Assembly: GCA_964613185.1 (NCBI GenBank)
Contig: CAZTIP010000003.1
Span: 2,987 to 66,986 of the forward strand
Direction of reading: 5' to 3'
Origin: Candidatus Woesearchaeota archaeon
Lineage (GTDB): Archaea; Nanobdellota; Nanobdellia; Pacearchaeales; GW2011-AR1
DNA length: 64,000 nucleotides
The position numbers were made by a program, and so were the translations under genes. Positions 45,138 through 56,080 of this stretch are shown one piece after another. The first letter of the stretch is position 1. Every line of letters begins with the position of its first letter. The notes under the pieces were generated by a model. It saw only the letters and a program-made list of their open reading frames with translations, was not told the origin of the DNA and made no database searches.

Positions 45138-47309
45138 TTATTGATTTTCTGCCAAACCTTTTCTATCCCTAATCTGTTGAATAATCTTTGCTTGAAAATC
45201 GTTAGGTAATTTCTTAAAGGTCTGGCTAACTAATGATGAAACTCCACGTCCTTCTGTTGCAGAACGTAAATCTGAAGTCCATCCAATCATTTCTTGAACA
45301 GGAATTTCTGCTTGAATAACAACTCCGGAGGATTCTTGTTGAACTTCAACCAAATTACCTCGCTTAGTTGAAACAAGAGAAGTTGCAGCACCCATAAATT
45401 CGGTTGGTGCTTCAATCTGATGAACCTGGACAGGTTCATAAATAGTCGGGGTAGCTTTTGCAAATGCTGCACGAATAGATTCCCGAATAGCAGGATAAAC
45501 TTGTGCAGGTCCTCGATGAATTGCATCTTCATGCAATTTTAAATCAACCAAAGAAACTTTCAATTTCAAACAAGGTTCACGTGCCAAGGGGCCTGCCTTC
45601 ATAACTTCTTCAAAAGAATCCAAGACCAATTCAATAACTTCCCCAATATGGACTTCTCCCTTAGTTTTATCTAAAAAAACATTTCCCTGAAAAATATTTC
45701 GATATTGTTGAGCTTCATCTCGAGAAATTCCAAGACCTACAAGAGTTTCATCAAGAGCCTTATCTTTTTTCTTAATTCTTCCTTTCGGTAAAGTTCCGTC
45801 AGCAATTGCTTCAACAATTGAATCTTCAAGAGGTTCAACAGTCAAAAAGAAACTATTATGTTTATTTGGACTTCTTCCTTCCGAAGGAACACTTTGTTTA
45901 ACTACAGATTCTCTAAAAACAACAATCGGTGCACCAGATTCAACTTCCAAACCTTTTTCAGTTTTAATTCTATTTTCAATAATTTCTAAATGTAATTCTC
46001 CCATTCCAGAAAGTAACGATTCTCCAGTTTCTTCATTAATTTCAATTCTCAATGAGGGGTCTTCTTTTCCAATTTGTCGAAGGATTTCAACAAGTTTTGG
46101 CAAATCTGCAGTTCTCTTTGCAGAAATAGATTTTGTAACAACAGGTTCAAATAAATGGCTAATTGCTTCAAAGGGTTCAATAGGATTTTTTGAAACAGTT
46201 TCTCCAACAACAACATCTTTTAATCCCACAATTCCTACAATATTTCCTGAAACAACCTCATCAAGTTGAACCCTCTGAGCACCCTTGTAAACAGAAACTT
46301 GTTGAGCCCTAACTTTTTTCTTAGCAATATTCAAATATAATTCATCTCCTTGTTTAATTTTTCCACCAAAAAGTCTACCTGCCGCAACTTCTCCTGCATG
46401 AGGATCCACAACAATTTTAATAGGAACAAATGCAACTTCCCCCTCAATATTACAGGATTGTAAATCTTTTCCAGCAGGACTTTCTAAATCTCCGTGCCAA
46501 ATTTTAGGAATACGATAGTTTTGTGCATTAACTGGATCTGGATGATTATTAACTACCATATTTAAAATAACTTCATGAATAGGGGCTTTTTTAGCAAGAA
46601 CTTTATAATTCTCTCCCCCTTCTTCGTAAGCATCAATAATTTCCTTAAATGAGATTCCATTCTTCTGCATATATGGAATCGATAAAGCCCAATTGTGAAA
46701 AGCGGAACCAAAAGCAACAGAACCATCTGCAACAGAGACTTGGAATTTTTCTTTAAATTCTGGTTCAGCAATATTTGCAATTAATTTATTAACATCATTA
46801 ATAATCCCAACAAATCTTTTTTGCATTTCTTCAGGAGTAAGTTTAACCTCCCTAATTAACCTATCAACTTTATTAATAAACAAAATAGGTTTCACTCTTT
46901 CTTTCAGAGCTTGTCTAAGAACAGTTTCAGTTTGAGGCATAATTCCTTCAGAAGCACAAGTAAGAACAATAGCTCCATCGACTGCCCTCATTGCACGAGT
47001 CACATCCCCTCCAAAATCTACATGTCCAGGAGTATCAATTAGATTAATCAAATAGTCTGAATCTTCAACCTTATGAACCATAGAAACCGAAGCAGAATCA
47101 ATCGTAATTCCTCTTTCAGCCTCGTCCTCATGAAAATCCAATGTTCTTGCCTTTCCTGCTAAGTCTTCACTCATCATTCCAGCACCTGCAAGAAGGTTAT
47201 CTGAAAAAGTAGTTTTTCCATGATCAATGTGTGCACAAATTGCAATGTTTCGAATATGTTTAGGATCTCTTTGCAATTCTTTAACTTTTTCAGTCATATC
47301 AACAGCCAT
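45138..47309 (-). CDS. fusA: Translation elongation factor 2
   Basis: NIAICAHIDHGKTT, DTPGHVDF, NKVD. Diphthamide-loop His region present. Confidence 0.95.
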   Translation of the reverse strand: MAVDMTEKVKELQRDPKHIRNIAICAHIDHGKTTFSDNLLAGAGMMSEDLAGKARTLDFHEDEAERGITIDSASVSMVHKVEDSDYLINLIDTPGHVDFGGDVTRAMRAVDGAIVLTCASEGIMPQTETVLRQALKERVKPILFINKVDRLIREVKLTPEEMQKRFVGIINDVNKLIANIAEPEFKEKFQVSVADGSVAFGSAFHNWALSIPYMQKNGISFKEIIDAYEEGGENYKVLAKKAPIHEVILNMVVNNHPDPVNAQNYRIPKIWHGDLESPAGKDLQSCNIEGEVAFVPIKIVVDPHAGEVAAGRLFGGKIKQGDELYLNIAKKKVRAQQVSVYKGAQRVQLDEVVSGNIVGIVGLKDVVVGETVSKNPIEPFEAISHLFEPVVTKSISAKRTADLPKLVEILRQIGKEDPSLRIEINEETGESLLSGMGELHLEIIENRIKTEKGLEVESGAPIVVFRESVVKQSVPSEGRSPNKHNSFFLTVEPLEDSIVEAIADGTLPKGRIKKKDKALDETLVGLGISRDEAQQYRNIFQGNVFLDKTKGEVHIGEVIELVLDSFEEVMKAGPLAREPCLKLKVSLVDLKLHEDAIHRGPAQVYPAIRESIRAAFAKATPTIYEPVQVHQIEAPTEFMGAATSLVSTKRGNLVEVQQESSGVVIQAEIPVQEMIGWTSDLRSATEGRGVSSLVSQTFKKLPNDFQAKIIQQIRDRKGLAENQ

Positions 47310-47388
47310 AAATAATTCATTGAAAAATCTATTTAAAAAGTTTGGGGTAAATATATTTTAAAAAAAATTATTAACTTTAAGTCAAAAA

Positions 47389-47985
47389 TTAACGGGCAGC
47401 ATCTGCTTGTTTCTCTGCATCATTCTTTTTAGAAACGGCATAACTTTCACTAGAATTTTCAGAAGCTGCCATTATCTCTTTTGCCAAAGATTCAACAATT
47501 GTTGCTTTTTTATTAAATGCCCTATCATAAGAGCCATGAACAATATATCGAAGAACTAAATTTAATCTTCTTCGAGGAGATACGTCAACTGCTTGAGGAT
47601 ATTTTGCACCACCATATTCTATTGAAGTAACTTCATCTCGTGGAGAACCATTTTCAATTGCTTTAACAAAAATCTTTACTGGATTTTCACCAGTTTTCTT
47701 TTCAATAATCTTAAATGCGTCTAAAACAATTTTTGTACATCGAGGTTGTTTTCCTGTAATCCACCCAGTAATAATTTTATGTTTCTTTCCCCGACTTCCA
47801 GGAACCTGTAAAAGATTAATTAATCTTTCAACGACATTAACCTTTGAACGAGAAGGGTCTTTCTTAATTCTCCCATGAGATTTTAAAATCAATTTAGGAT
47901 TTAAATTAACAACTCTTTTCAATCCAGGGTCTTCAACTTTAACTTCAGAAACATCAAAAATGCCAAAAATTTTCATTTGAGCCAT
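47389..47985 (-). CDS. rps7: Ribosomal protein uS7
   Basis: Archaeal S7 N-terminus and core. Position in the conserved operon. Confidence 0.9.
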   Translation of the reverse strand: MAQMKIFGIFDVSEVKVEDPGLKRVVNLNPKLILKSHGRIKKDPSRSKVNVVERLINLLQVPGSRGKKHKIITGWITGKQPRCTKIVLDAFKIIEKKTGENPVKIFVKAIENGSPRDEVTSIEYGGAKYPQAVDVSPRRRLNLVLRYIVHGSYDRAFNKKATIVESLAKEIMAASENSSESYAVSKKNDAEKQADAAR

Positions 47986-47987
47986 AA

Positions 47988-48410
47988 TTATCTTCTTCCC
48001 TTTTCAATCTTCCCCATCCAAAGTCTTTCAAGAGGTTGATCATTTACTTTAATAACTGCAAATCGAACACCAGACAAATCACCTTTTGTTCTTCCTTGTT
48101 TTCCACCAATTCTTTCAATTATAACTTCATCATGTTCATCAACAAACTTTTGAGCTAAATTTCCTGGGATGAACGCAGTAACTTCTTTCCCATTCTTAAT
48201 TAACTGAACCCTACAACATTTTCTCATTGCAGAGTTAGGTTGTTTAGCTTCCTTCTGAATTTTTTTAGTAACAATCCCCTTTGCCTGAGATGCTCTTCCA
48301 ATTGGGTCAAACTTCAAACTAATTCCAAGTCTTTTCTTTTTATCAGGAAGCCGATTATCTCTAAATTTCTTCCTGGATTTTTTCAATTTTCTTCCATTCA
48401 TTAATCCCAT
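47988..48410 (-). CDS. rps12: Ribosomal protein uS12
   Basis: NSAMRKCCRVQLIKNGKEVTAFIPG. Confidence 0.9.
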   Translation of the reverse strand: MGLMNGRKLKKSRKKFRDNRLPDKKKRLGISLKFDPIGRASQAKGIVTKKIQKEAKQPNSAMRKCCRVQLIKNGKEVTAFIPGNLAQKFVDEHDEVIIERIGGKQGRTKGDLSGVRFAVIKVNDQPLERLWMGKIEKGRR

Positions 48411-48485
48411 AGTATAAATTAGGTGAAGTTTTGATTTATAAAGTTATTGTAAAAATTCAAATTATGCTCATAAAAATAATCAAAA

Positions 48486-48911
48486 TTAAGCTATCTTTAA
48501 TTTGACAATATTAAAATAATTTTTCAAAACATCCGATAATTCTTTTTCCCGAATTCGATTCCTTCCAATCAGTGAAGCTTTATTTTGACGCCCAGCATTA
48601 ATTGTCATTGAATCCCCTACAAGTTCAACATTATTAAATTCTACAGGATCAACAACATCTTTAACGAATTTAGAAATTCCGTCATTACTTTCAACAGGAG
48701 GCATTGTAACAATCTTAATATTTTTACGTAAAATTCCTCTCAATTTTTTTATATTTTCTGCACCTTTTCCAATAGCCTTAGAAACTTTGGATTTAGGAAC
48801 TGCGAAGACAATTTGGTTATTATAAAAAAAACAGTTATTTGTTGAAACACCAGAAACTTTTGAAAATAAATTAATATACCTCATTAACTGCATATCTATA
48901 ACTCTAGCCAT
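48486..48911 (-). CDS. nusA: Archaeal NusA-like KH-domain transcription termination factor
   Basis: Two KH-like segments. Operon position between L30e and S12. Confidence 0.8.
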   Translation of the reverse strand: MARVIDMQLMRYINLFSKVSGVSTNNCFFYNNQIVFAVPKSKVSKAIGKGAENIKKLRGILRKNIKIVTMPPVESNDGISKFVKDVVDPVEFNNVELVGDSMTINAGRQNKASLIGRNRIREKELSDVLKNYFNIVKLKIA

Positions 48912-48912
48912 C

Positions 48913-49191
48913 TTATTTTGATTTTTTAGAAACTAAGTCTTGTCGAATCAATGAAAAAACTTCACATTCAAAATCAAGGTTTAATTCTTTTGAAATTTCT
49001 TCTTTTGATTTTAGGACTACAAACTCTATATTTGCAGATTCAAGTTTTTCAACAGTTTCATCACGAGTATCTTTTGCAATAAAAACATTAGATAGATTCT
49101 TAGAATTTTTCAAAGATTGACGAATACCAAAAAGAACGCTTTCTTTTTCAATTGAATCTTTTATTTCTTTTAAACTCATATCATTAATCAA
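48913..49191 (-). CDS. rpl30e: Ribosomal protein eL30 (L30e/L7Ae fold)
   Basis: 92 aa. Position between rpoA and nusA as in all archaeal RNAP operons. Confidence 0.75.
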   Translation of the reverse strand: MINDMSLKEIKDSIEKESVLFGIRQSLKNSKNLSNVFIAKDTRDETVEKLESANIEFVVLKSKEEISKELNLDFECEVFSLIRQDLVSKKSK

Positions 49192-49216
49192 AAAAATCTT
49201 TATTTAAACTTAACCC

Positions 49217-52200
49217 TTATTTTTTATCCTTAGTTTTTTTATCAGATAAAGAACCTGTAACCTTCACAAGAAGTCCTGGAAGTCCAGTTCCCACAGGAAC
49301 TGGCTGGTTCAAAATAACATTTTCAATAACAGAAGCAAGTTTATCTTTTTTTCCAGTTTTAGTTGCTTGTACAAACTGTTTATCTGGAGTTTCAAAACTT
49401 GCCCTTGCTAAAATAGAACTCTTATTAGAAATAATTCCCATTCGAGTAATTCCCTTTACAGTCCCATAATTTGTCATTGTATCTGCAAGAAGCATTGCAT
49501 GTTTAATATCCACATCAAGACCTTGAGAAATAATAACTTTTTGAATTTCATTAATAATTACTTGGCGTGCAACTTCAATTCCCAAAACCTTCGAAACTTC
49601 ATGAATATCATTAGTAATTGTCCTATCTTTATCTACACCTTTAAACTCAAGAATATCTTTCAAATTAGAACCTGCAGTTAAAATTACAAAATCTTTATCT
49701 CTTTTAACAATCAAAACTTGAGAAATTTTCTTTACACCAGTCAAAATAACATCTTTTATTTTTTCCTTAACTTTGTAAATTTCTTTAAAATCTTCATTAG
49801 ACATATCCAGAACCATCCCATCGGAAAGTTTTTTTATGGCAAATCCTTTTTCAGTTAAAACTTCAACAACTTTATCAAGGGAAATATGTGCCCTTTTAAG
49901 TGCATCAGAATCTATATTAACATTTATTTTTTTAGAACCAAAATCAATAGAGATGTCTGAAACAATATCTTTTAATTTAACTTCTTTTATTTTTTCAGCA
50001 ATAATTGTAGCCTTAGCCTCATTATTATGTTCTTTATCTAAATATATTTCCATAGCCGGAGTTTTAGGCAATTTTCTAGCGTCTAAAATTTCAATAATTC
50101 TCGGAAGACCCTGAGTAACCTGAACTTCTGCAACACCTGCCGCATGAAATACATTAAGAACCATTTGTGTAGAAGATTCTCCAAAAGATTGAGCAGTTAC
50201 AAGACCAATAGCTTCTCCAGGAGATACTTTTTGATTCTTATGGGTTTTAGAAATATCTAAACCATCTGGACCATATTTAAATTGAATTAAATTATTAGAG
50301 GCATCTCTAACAGTTCCATCATATGCCATAACCAAATCTTGCAATGCATTTGCCAACCTCCTATAAAGGTATCCAGATTTGGGAGTTTTAAGAGCAGTAT
50401 CCATTAAACCATCTCTTCCCGTCATGGAACCAAAGAAAAATTCATCAGGACGAAGACCATCCATAAAAGAACTATAAATAAATCCTCCTGCCTTTGGAGA
50501 TAAATCTTTTTTATTAAATAATGATAGAGTTCTTTCAGTATATCCAAAGTCAATTCTTCGTCCATTCAATACTTGTTGACCGACAGAACAAGCAATTTGG
50601 GTAATATTCAACAAACTTCCACCGGCACCAGAACTAATCATTTTGTTTGCCAAATTATCTTTTGAAAATCCTTCCTTAACCTTATCCCCAATTTCAGTTC
50701 TTGTCTGATTCAGGACTTGCAAAATTTTAATTTCTCGAGTTTCTTCAGGAGTTTTACCAGGCAATAATTCCATACTTTTATCATAATAACTTTCAATAAT
50801 TTCTTTGGTTTTAATTTCTGCAGATTTAATAATTGATTTATTTTTTTCTTTAATTTCTTCAGGCACATCTAAATCATCTGTAGATAATGTAAATCCTGTT
50901 CGAGATAGGAATGTGGTTCCTAAAGAAAAAACATTTTCTAAAAGTTTCATAGTTTCTTTTCTTCCCAATTCATTATCTGTAATTCTCAATACATCTCCCT
51001 TTTCACTTTTGAAACCTTTATAATCTACTTCTTTTCCAGAAAGTTTTTTTGGAAGAAGTTTTGAAAAAACATCTTCTCCAGAATTAATTTTATTAAAACT
51101 AGAATGATTAATTCCAGATTCATGTAATAACTGGGCTGCATCTTCCTTAGTTAAACTACTTTCATTAAGCATAAAATTTCCGCTAACTGCATCCTTCACA
51201 CAACCTAAAAGATTCATACTATTTTTTGGAGAAAATAAATTTTCATTAACATTCAATAAAACTTCTGCTTCAGCTCTTGCTTCTTCAGTTTGAGGGGCAT
51301 GAACATTCATTTCATCTCCATCAAAATCTGCATTATAGGGATTACAAACAGCAGGGTGAATTCTGAAAGTTTTACCAGGCAATACTTTTACAAAGTGGGC
51401 CATTAAGGATGCACGGTGTAATGAAGGATACCTATTAAACAAGACAATATCGCCATCAATCAAATGTCTTTCAACAATATATCCAGGTTCAATTTCTTCA
51501 ATTAAATCTTCCCTAAGTTCTTCCGTAATTCTTTTTCTTTTTCCATCAGGACGAACAATATAATTTGCAGCAGGATATTCCACTGATTTAATTATTTCTT
51601 TCAATCGTTTCATATTTATACTCGTAACTTTTTCAGAAACTGTCAAAATTTTTGCAACTTTTAATGGGATTCCAACTTCATTCAATTTTAAATTTGGGTC
51701 GGGAGAAATAACAGTTCTAGCAGAAAAATTAACCCTTTTACCAGTTAAATTTTTTCTAATTCTACCTTCCTTTCCTTTAATTCTTTCAGTAATTGTTTTT
51801 AATGGTTGTCCACTTCTGTGTCTAGCTGGAGGAATTTTAGCAATGGAATTATCAAAAAAAGTGGTAATATGGTATTGTAATAAATCCCATAAATCTTCGA
51901 TAATAACTTCCGGGGCCCCAGCATTAAGGTTTTCCCAAAGTCGTTGATTAGAACGAATGATATCTGAAAGTTTATGGGTAAGGTCGTCTTCAGAACGTTC
52001 ACCAGATTCCAAAGTAATTGAAGGTCTAACAGTTACAGAAGGTACAAGGACCGAAGTTAAAATTGCCCATTCAGGCCTAAGATTTTTAGAATTAATTCCA
52101 AGAATTTTTAAATCTTCATCAGAAACTTTTACCAATCTTTCCCTAATTTCTGAAGGAAATAATCTTCTTCTTCCACTTCTAAAAGTTGTAGGTTTTTCTA

Positions 52201-52648
52201 GTTTAACTTTCTCTTGAATAATACTACAATGATGACATTTTTTTCCATCTTTCGCTTTTTTAATTCTATCAATCAAAGGTTTTTCTAAATCTTTTTCATC
52301 TTTAATCAAAACTTTTCCACAAGCTTCACAAGTAGATCTCAAAACTAAATCTATAATTGGCAAATATTTTATATGCACAACAGGCCTAGCTAATTCTATA
52401 ATCCCTGGATGTCCTAAACATTCTTTCAATCGACCACCACAAGTTCTACACCGAACTCCAGGATCAATAGCACCTAACCTTAAATCCATCAATCCACCAT
52501 CAACAGGATATCCATCAACATCATAAAGTTCCGGAGTTACAATTTTAGCAACTGAAAGTTTTTTTATCTGTTCGGGACTTAATAGGTGAAAATTCATTCC
52601 GCTAATTTTTTTCTTAACTGGCCTATTCATATTTATTTTTAGTATCAA
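49217..52648 (-). CDS. rpoA: DNA-directed RNA polymerase largest subunit. A' and A'' regions fused in one 1143-aa ORF.
   Basis: N-terminal Zn ribbon CRTCGGRLKEC. NADFDGDEMNVH catalytic loop. Bridge helix GRDGLMDTALKTPKSGYLYRRL. Then the A''-type trigger-loop region AIGLVTAQSFGESSTQMVLNVFHAAGVAEVQVTQGLPRIIEILDARK and the A'' C-terminus, with no intervening stop. Confidence 0.9.
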   Translation of the reverse strand: MILKINMNRPVKKKISGMNFHLLSPEQIKKLSVAKIVTPELYDVDGYPVDGGLMDLRLGAIDPGVRCRTCGGRLKECLGHPGIIELARPVVHIKYLPIIDLVLRSTCEACGKVLIKDEKDLEKPLIDRIKKAKDGKKCHHCSIIQEKVKLEKPTTFRSGRRRLFPSEIRERLVKVSDEDLKILGINSKNLRPEWAILTSVLVPSVTVRPSITLESGERSEDDLTHKLSDIIRSNQRLWENLNAGAPEVIIEDLWDLLQYHITTFFDNSIAKIPPARHRSGQPLKTITERIKGKEGRIRKNLTGKRVNFSARTVISPDPNLKLNEVGIPLKVAKILTVSEKVTSINMKRLKEIIKSVEYPAANYIVRPDGKRKRITEELREDLIEEIEPGYIVERHLIDGDIVLFNRYPSLHRASLMAHFVKVLPGKTFRIHPAVCNPYNADFDGDEMNVHAPQTEEARAEAEVLLNVNENLFSPKNSMNLLGCVKDAVSGNFMLNESSLTKEDAAQLLHESGINHSSFNKINSGEDVFSKLLPKKLSGKEVDYKGFKSEKGDVLRITDNELGRKETMKLLENVFSLGTTFLSRTGFTLSTDDLDVPEEIKEKNKSIIKSAEIKTKEIIESYYDKSMELLPGKTPEETREIKILQVLNQTRTEIGDKVKEGFSKDNLANKMISSGAGGSLLNITQIACSVGQQVLNGRRIDFGYTERTLSLFNKKDLSPKAGGFIYSSFMDGLRPDEFFFGSMTGRDGLMDTALKTPKSGYLYRRLANALQDLVMAYDGTVRDASNNLIQFKYGPDGLDISKTHKNQKVSPGEAIGLVTAQSFGESSTQMVLNVFHAAGVAEVQVTQGLPRIIEILDARKLPKTPAMEIYLDKEHNNEAKATIIAEKIKEVKLKDIVSDISIDFGSKKINVNIDSDALKRAHISLDKVVEVLTEKGFAIKKLSDGMVLDMSNEDFKEIYKVKEKIKDVILTGVKKISQVLIVKRDKDFVILTAGSNLKDILEFKGVDKDRTITNDIHEVSKVLGIEVARQVIINEIQKVIISQGLDVDIKHAMLLADTMTNYGTVKGITRMGIISNKSSILARASFETPDKQFVQATKTGKKDKLASVIENVILNQPVPVGTGLPGLLVKVTGSLSDKKTKDKK

Positions 52649-55600
52649 ATTTAGTTAATATATGTAATCCTTGTAATTCTTCAATCAATAATTTGAAGGC
52701 ATAAGAAACTTCGACAGGTTCAACTTGGTTAGAGTTACATAAACTACAAACCTTTTTATTATGAATTTGATCATCAATAACTATTCCACCACATTTCGAA
52801 CAAAGATTAATTATAACCTTATCTGAATCATATCTTTCTTTTAAAAGAAGTGAAGCTCCATGGCCAACTAACGCTTGTTGTTCCATTTCTCCTAATTTCA
52901 AGGCACCTCCACGAGCCCGACCTTCAATAGGTTGTCTTGTAAGCAAAGCAATTTTTCCAGAAGCCCTAGCATGAAGTGCATTTGCAACCATATATTTTAA
53001 TTTCAAATAAAACATATTTCCAATGAAAATTTTAACAGGCATTTTTTTCCCAGTAATCCCATTATACATAATCTCTTTTCCGTCTTCTCTAAATCCAAGT
53101 TTTTTCAAATTATTTTCCAATGTATCAATTGTTTCTCCAGAAAATGGAGAGGCATCAACAATCTTTCCAGATAAAGCAGCAACTTTTCCACCAAGTACAT
53201 CCATCAAATAACCAACAGTCATACGGGAAGGAACCCCGTGAGGGTTGAAAATTATATCTGGACGAACACCCTTTGAAGTAAAAGGAATATCATTTTCAGG
53301 GGCAATAAATCCAATAACTCCTTTTTGACCATGAGGAACCGAGAATTTATCTCCAATTTCTGGAACTCTTAATTCCCTCATTCTAATTCTAACAATTTTG
53401 TTACCTTCCTTATCTTGTGTAATAAAAACAGCATCGACAGTTCCATTTTCTCCTTGTCTAATTGCAGAAGAACTTTCTTTTTTTATCTGAATAGATATTT
53501 CTCTAGCTTCACTTAAAAATTTAGGAGGACTAGTTTTTCCAATAACAACTTCTCCTTCATTCATATCAGCTTCTGGATAAACAACACCATCATCTTCCAG
53601 ATAACGATAACTTTCCTCAGTCCTATATCCTGAAACATCTTTATCGGGAACAATAATTTCATCACGAAGACCTCCAGAATAATTCAACTCTACAGAAGTA
53701 TACGGTCTAAATCTAGAACTTCTTCCAAAACCTCTTTCAATAGAGCCCTTATTAAAAACAGTTGCATCCTCCATATTATAACCTTCATAAGGCATAATTG
53801 CCAAAACAACATTTTGACCAACAGGATGAACATCTAAAGTATCATAAACAAAACTTCGAACCAAAGGTTTCTGGGGGTAATGCAATAATGAAACATCAGT
53901 ATCAATTCTAACTGGGAAATTACCTGCATAGATTCCTAAACCTTGTTTATATGCCTTAGAACCACCTTTAACAAGTCTTGCAGGAGGCCCATGATTTCCA
54001 AAAGGTGTCAAAGAAACACTCACACCAAGGCAATCAATTTTATCTACTTCTAAATGAGTATGGTCTTCATTCAATTCAGATTCATCAAGACAAATATAAC
54101 AATCATCTTCTTCTGCAGCATCCAAATATTCAATAATCCCTTTTTTAACTAAATCGTCCCAAGATAAATTACCTTCACGAATTAAATTCAAATGTTCTTC
54201 TTTCAAAAGAGATTTTCCATTTTCAACAATAATTGCTGGACGAATAACTCTTCCAATTTCTGAACTCAAGAAGATAGTATCCAAAAATTTATCAAATCTT
54301 ACAGACATTTCAACAGGTAATTTTCCTGTTCTACGCATATTCTTCACAGATTTAACAAAATCTTCAGCTATTTTAACAACCCCTACAAATCTACCGTTAT
54401 AAAAAATATCCGTATCTCCATCTTCCTGAACCATTCCAGATTCTTCAAAAGCTTCCAATACAGTTTTATGTTCTATTGAAGTTTTAGTAGAAATTCTTGC
54501 AAGAAGGGCTAAATTTTTTCTAAGACCAATTTCAGTTCCTTCAGGAGTTTCAATAGGACAAAATCGTCCATAATGAGTTGGATGAACAGTTCTTGCAGCA
54601 AAATTTTCTTGTTCTCCCGGAAGTGAAGAGGTAACTCTTTGTAATTGGGACATCACAGAAAAAGAATTATTTTTATCCATATTTTGAGTAACTCCTTTTC
54701 GTTCTCCAATCCAGGAACCTGTAGCAATCGCACTTTCCATACGATGTGTAAATAAAGTGGATTTGGCAAGAGTTTTTATAGAATAAAATTTTCTTCGTTT
54801 AACCGTTTTTTGAAGGGAATGTTGAACTTCCCTCAAAAGAATATTCATGTTTACCCTAAATAAATCGGAAAGCAAGTCTCCAGATAGTCTAACCCTCTTA
54901 TTTGCATAATGATCCTTATCAGTCATAGAATTTTTAGGATTTTCCTTAGCAACATAATATTGTTTAATAAATTTACAAAGAGTTTTTGCCTTTTCAATTC
55001 TCGAATTTTTATCAAGACCAATATGAGGTAAAAAATATGAATCAATTCTTTGTTTAACCCTATCTAACATTTCCTTATTAGTTCCTTGAAGTGCACTCTT
55101 TTCTGCAATCCACATCAAAGCATCATTAACATTAGCAATATCTGCAAATTCATAAAAGTTAACAATTAGGCCATCAGTTTGTTTTTCAATAAGTTTAGCG
55201 ATTTCTGCATCACTTGTAAGTCCAAGGGCTTTCAAAAGAACAGTTGCAGGAATATCTCTAAATCTAGAAAAAGAGATTTCTAAAATACCTTGAGTATTTT
55301 CAACAACGGAAACAGGGATTTTATAGGCCCCTCTTTGGGAAAATAATCTTAGGAGTAATCTTTTCTTTATTTTTTGAAATTCCACAAAAGTTTGATTAGA
55401 CGCCAAATCTTCAGACATAACCATTACTCTTTCATTACCGTTAATTAAAAAATATCCCCCATGATCTTTAGGATCAATATAATTTTTAATTAGTTCTTCT
55501 TCAGACATTCCATAAAGATTACAAAATTTACTCTTAACCATTATCGGAATTCTTCCCAATTGGACTTTTTCAGTTTCAACTTGCCCAGCATAATTAATAG

Positions 55601-55880
55601 ACATTTCAATCCAAATAGGGGCAGCATAAGTCAATCCTCGAAGTCGAGATTCTGCAGGAGTTATAGGTTTGGAAGAACCATCAGATTCAACAATATCCGG
55701 TTTTCCAACAATCACATTTCCCAAGTTAATTTCAAAATCTTCATCAGGGATATTTTCTGAAAGCTCAGTAACAATCTCTTGAATTTTTTCATCAATAAAA
55801 TTATTAAAAGAAATGATATTTGATTCAACAAGTGAGTGAGTTTTTAAAAATTCCTTAACCAATAAATGTTCTGCCATCAA
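52623..55880 (-). CDS. rpoB: DNA-directed RNA polymerase subunit B (unsplit)
   Basis: 1085 aa. GDKFSVPHGQKGVIG, ESRMTVGYLMD, C-terminal Zn motif CSKCGG...CSLC. Confidence 0.95.
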   Translation of the reverse strand: MMAEHLLVKEFLKTHSLVESNIISFNNFIDEKIQEIVTELSENIPDEDFEINLGNVIVGKPDIVESDGSSKPITPAESRLRGLTYAAPIWIEMSINYAGQVETEKVQLGRIPIMVKSKFCNLYGMSEEELIKNYIDPKDHGGYFLINGNERVMVMSEDLASNQTFVEFQKIKKRLLLRLFSQRGAYKIPVSVVENTQGILEISFSRFRDIPATVLLKALGLTSDAEIAKLIEKQTDGLIVNFYEFADIANVNDALMWIAEKSALQGTNKEMLDRVKQRIDSYFLPHIGLDKNSRIEKAKTLCKFIKQYYVAKENPKNSMTDKDHYANKRVRLSGDLLSDLFRVNMNILLREVQHSLQKTVKRRKFYSIKTLAKSTLFTHRMESAIATGSWIGERKGVTQNMDKNNSFSVMSQLQRVTSSLPGEQENFAARTVHPTHYGRFCPIETPEGTEIGLRKNLALLARISTKTSIEHKTVLEAFEESGMVQEDGDTDIFYNGRFVGVVKIAEDFVKSVKNMRRTGKLPVEMSVRFDKFLDTIFLSSEIGRVIRPAIIVENGKSLLKEEHLNLIREGNLSWDDLVKKGIIEYLDAAEEDDCYICLDESELNEDHTHLEVDKIDCLGVSVSLTPFGNHGPPARLVKGGSKAYKQGLGIYAGNFPVRIDTDVSLLHYPQKPLVRSFVYDTLDVHPVGQNVVLAIMPYEGYNMEDATVFNKGSIERGFGRSSRFRPYTSVELNYSGGLRDEIIVPDKDVSGYRTEESYRYLEDDGVVYPEADMNEGEVVIGKTSPPKFLSEAREISIQIKKESSSAIRQGENGTVDAVFITQDKEGNKIVRIRMRELRVPEIGDKFSVPHGQKGVIGFIAPENDIPFTSKGVRPDIIFNPHGVPSRMTVGYLMDVLGGKVAALSGKIVDASPFSGETIDTLENNLKKLGFREDGKEIMYNGITGKKMPVKIFIGNMFYLKLKYMVANALHARASGKIALLTRQPIEGRARGGALKLGEMEQQALVGHGASLLLKERYDSDKVIINLCSKCGGIVIDDQIHNKKVCSLCNSNQVEPVEVSYAFKLLIEELQGLHILTKFDTKNKYE

Positions 55881-56080
55881 ATAACCACCCTATAATAAAC
55901 TTCAGAAAAATTTTCTGTTCGTTCAATTTTAACTACATCCCCAGTATCACAACCCTCAGGAAGTGCAGGATCTTTTTTAGGAATTTTGGGCAACTGCGCC
56001 AAAGAAATATTAAATTGTGAAAGAACTTTCTCGACCTCTTCCGGATTTAATTTAGTGTGCTTTGGTTGAAATATATGCAT
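55877..56080 (-). CDS. rpoH: DNA-directed RNA polymerase subunit H (Rpb5 homolog)
   Basis: HIFQPKHTKLNPEEVEKVL ... GDVVKIER. 67 aa. First gene of the operon. Confidence 0.85.
   Translation of the reverse strand: MHIFQPKHTKLNPEEVEKVLSQFNISLAQLPKIPKKDPALPEGCDTGDVVKIERTENFSEVYYRVVI

Noticed and set aside
43753-47309. ORFs overlapping tuf/fusA: 43753..43959, 44339..44569, 44691..45023, 45287..45532, 46562..46780
   Set aside because: They are alternative frames or antisense to elongation factor genes.
49499-55760. Short ORFs inside rpoA/rpoB: 49499..49681, 49836..50114, 50805..51023, 51799..52002, 51957..52217, 53023..53211, 55560..55760
   Set aside because: Embedded in RNA polymerase genes.
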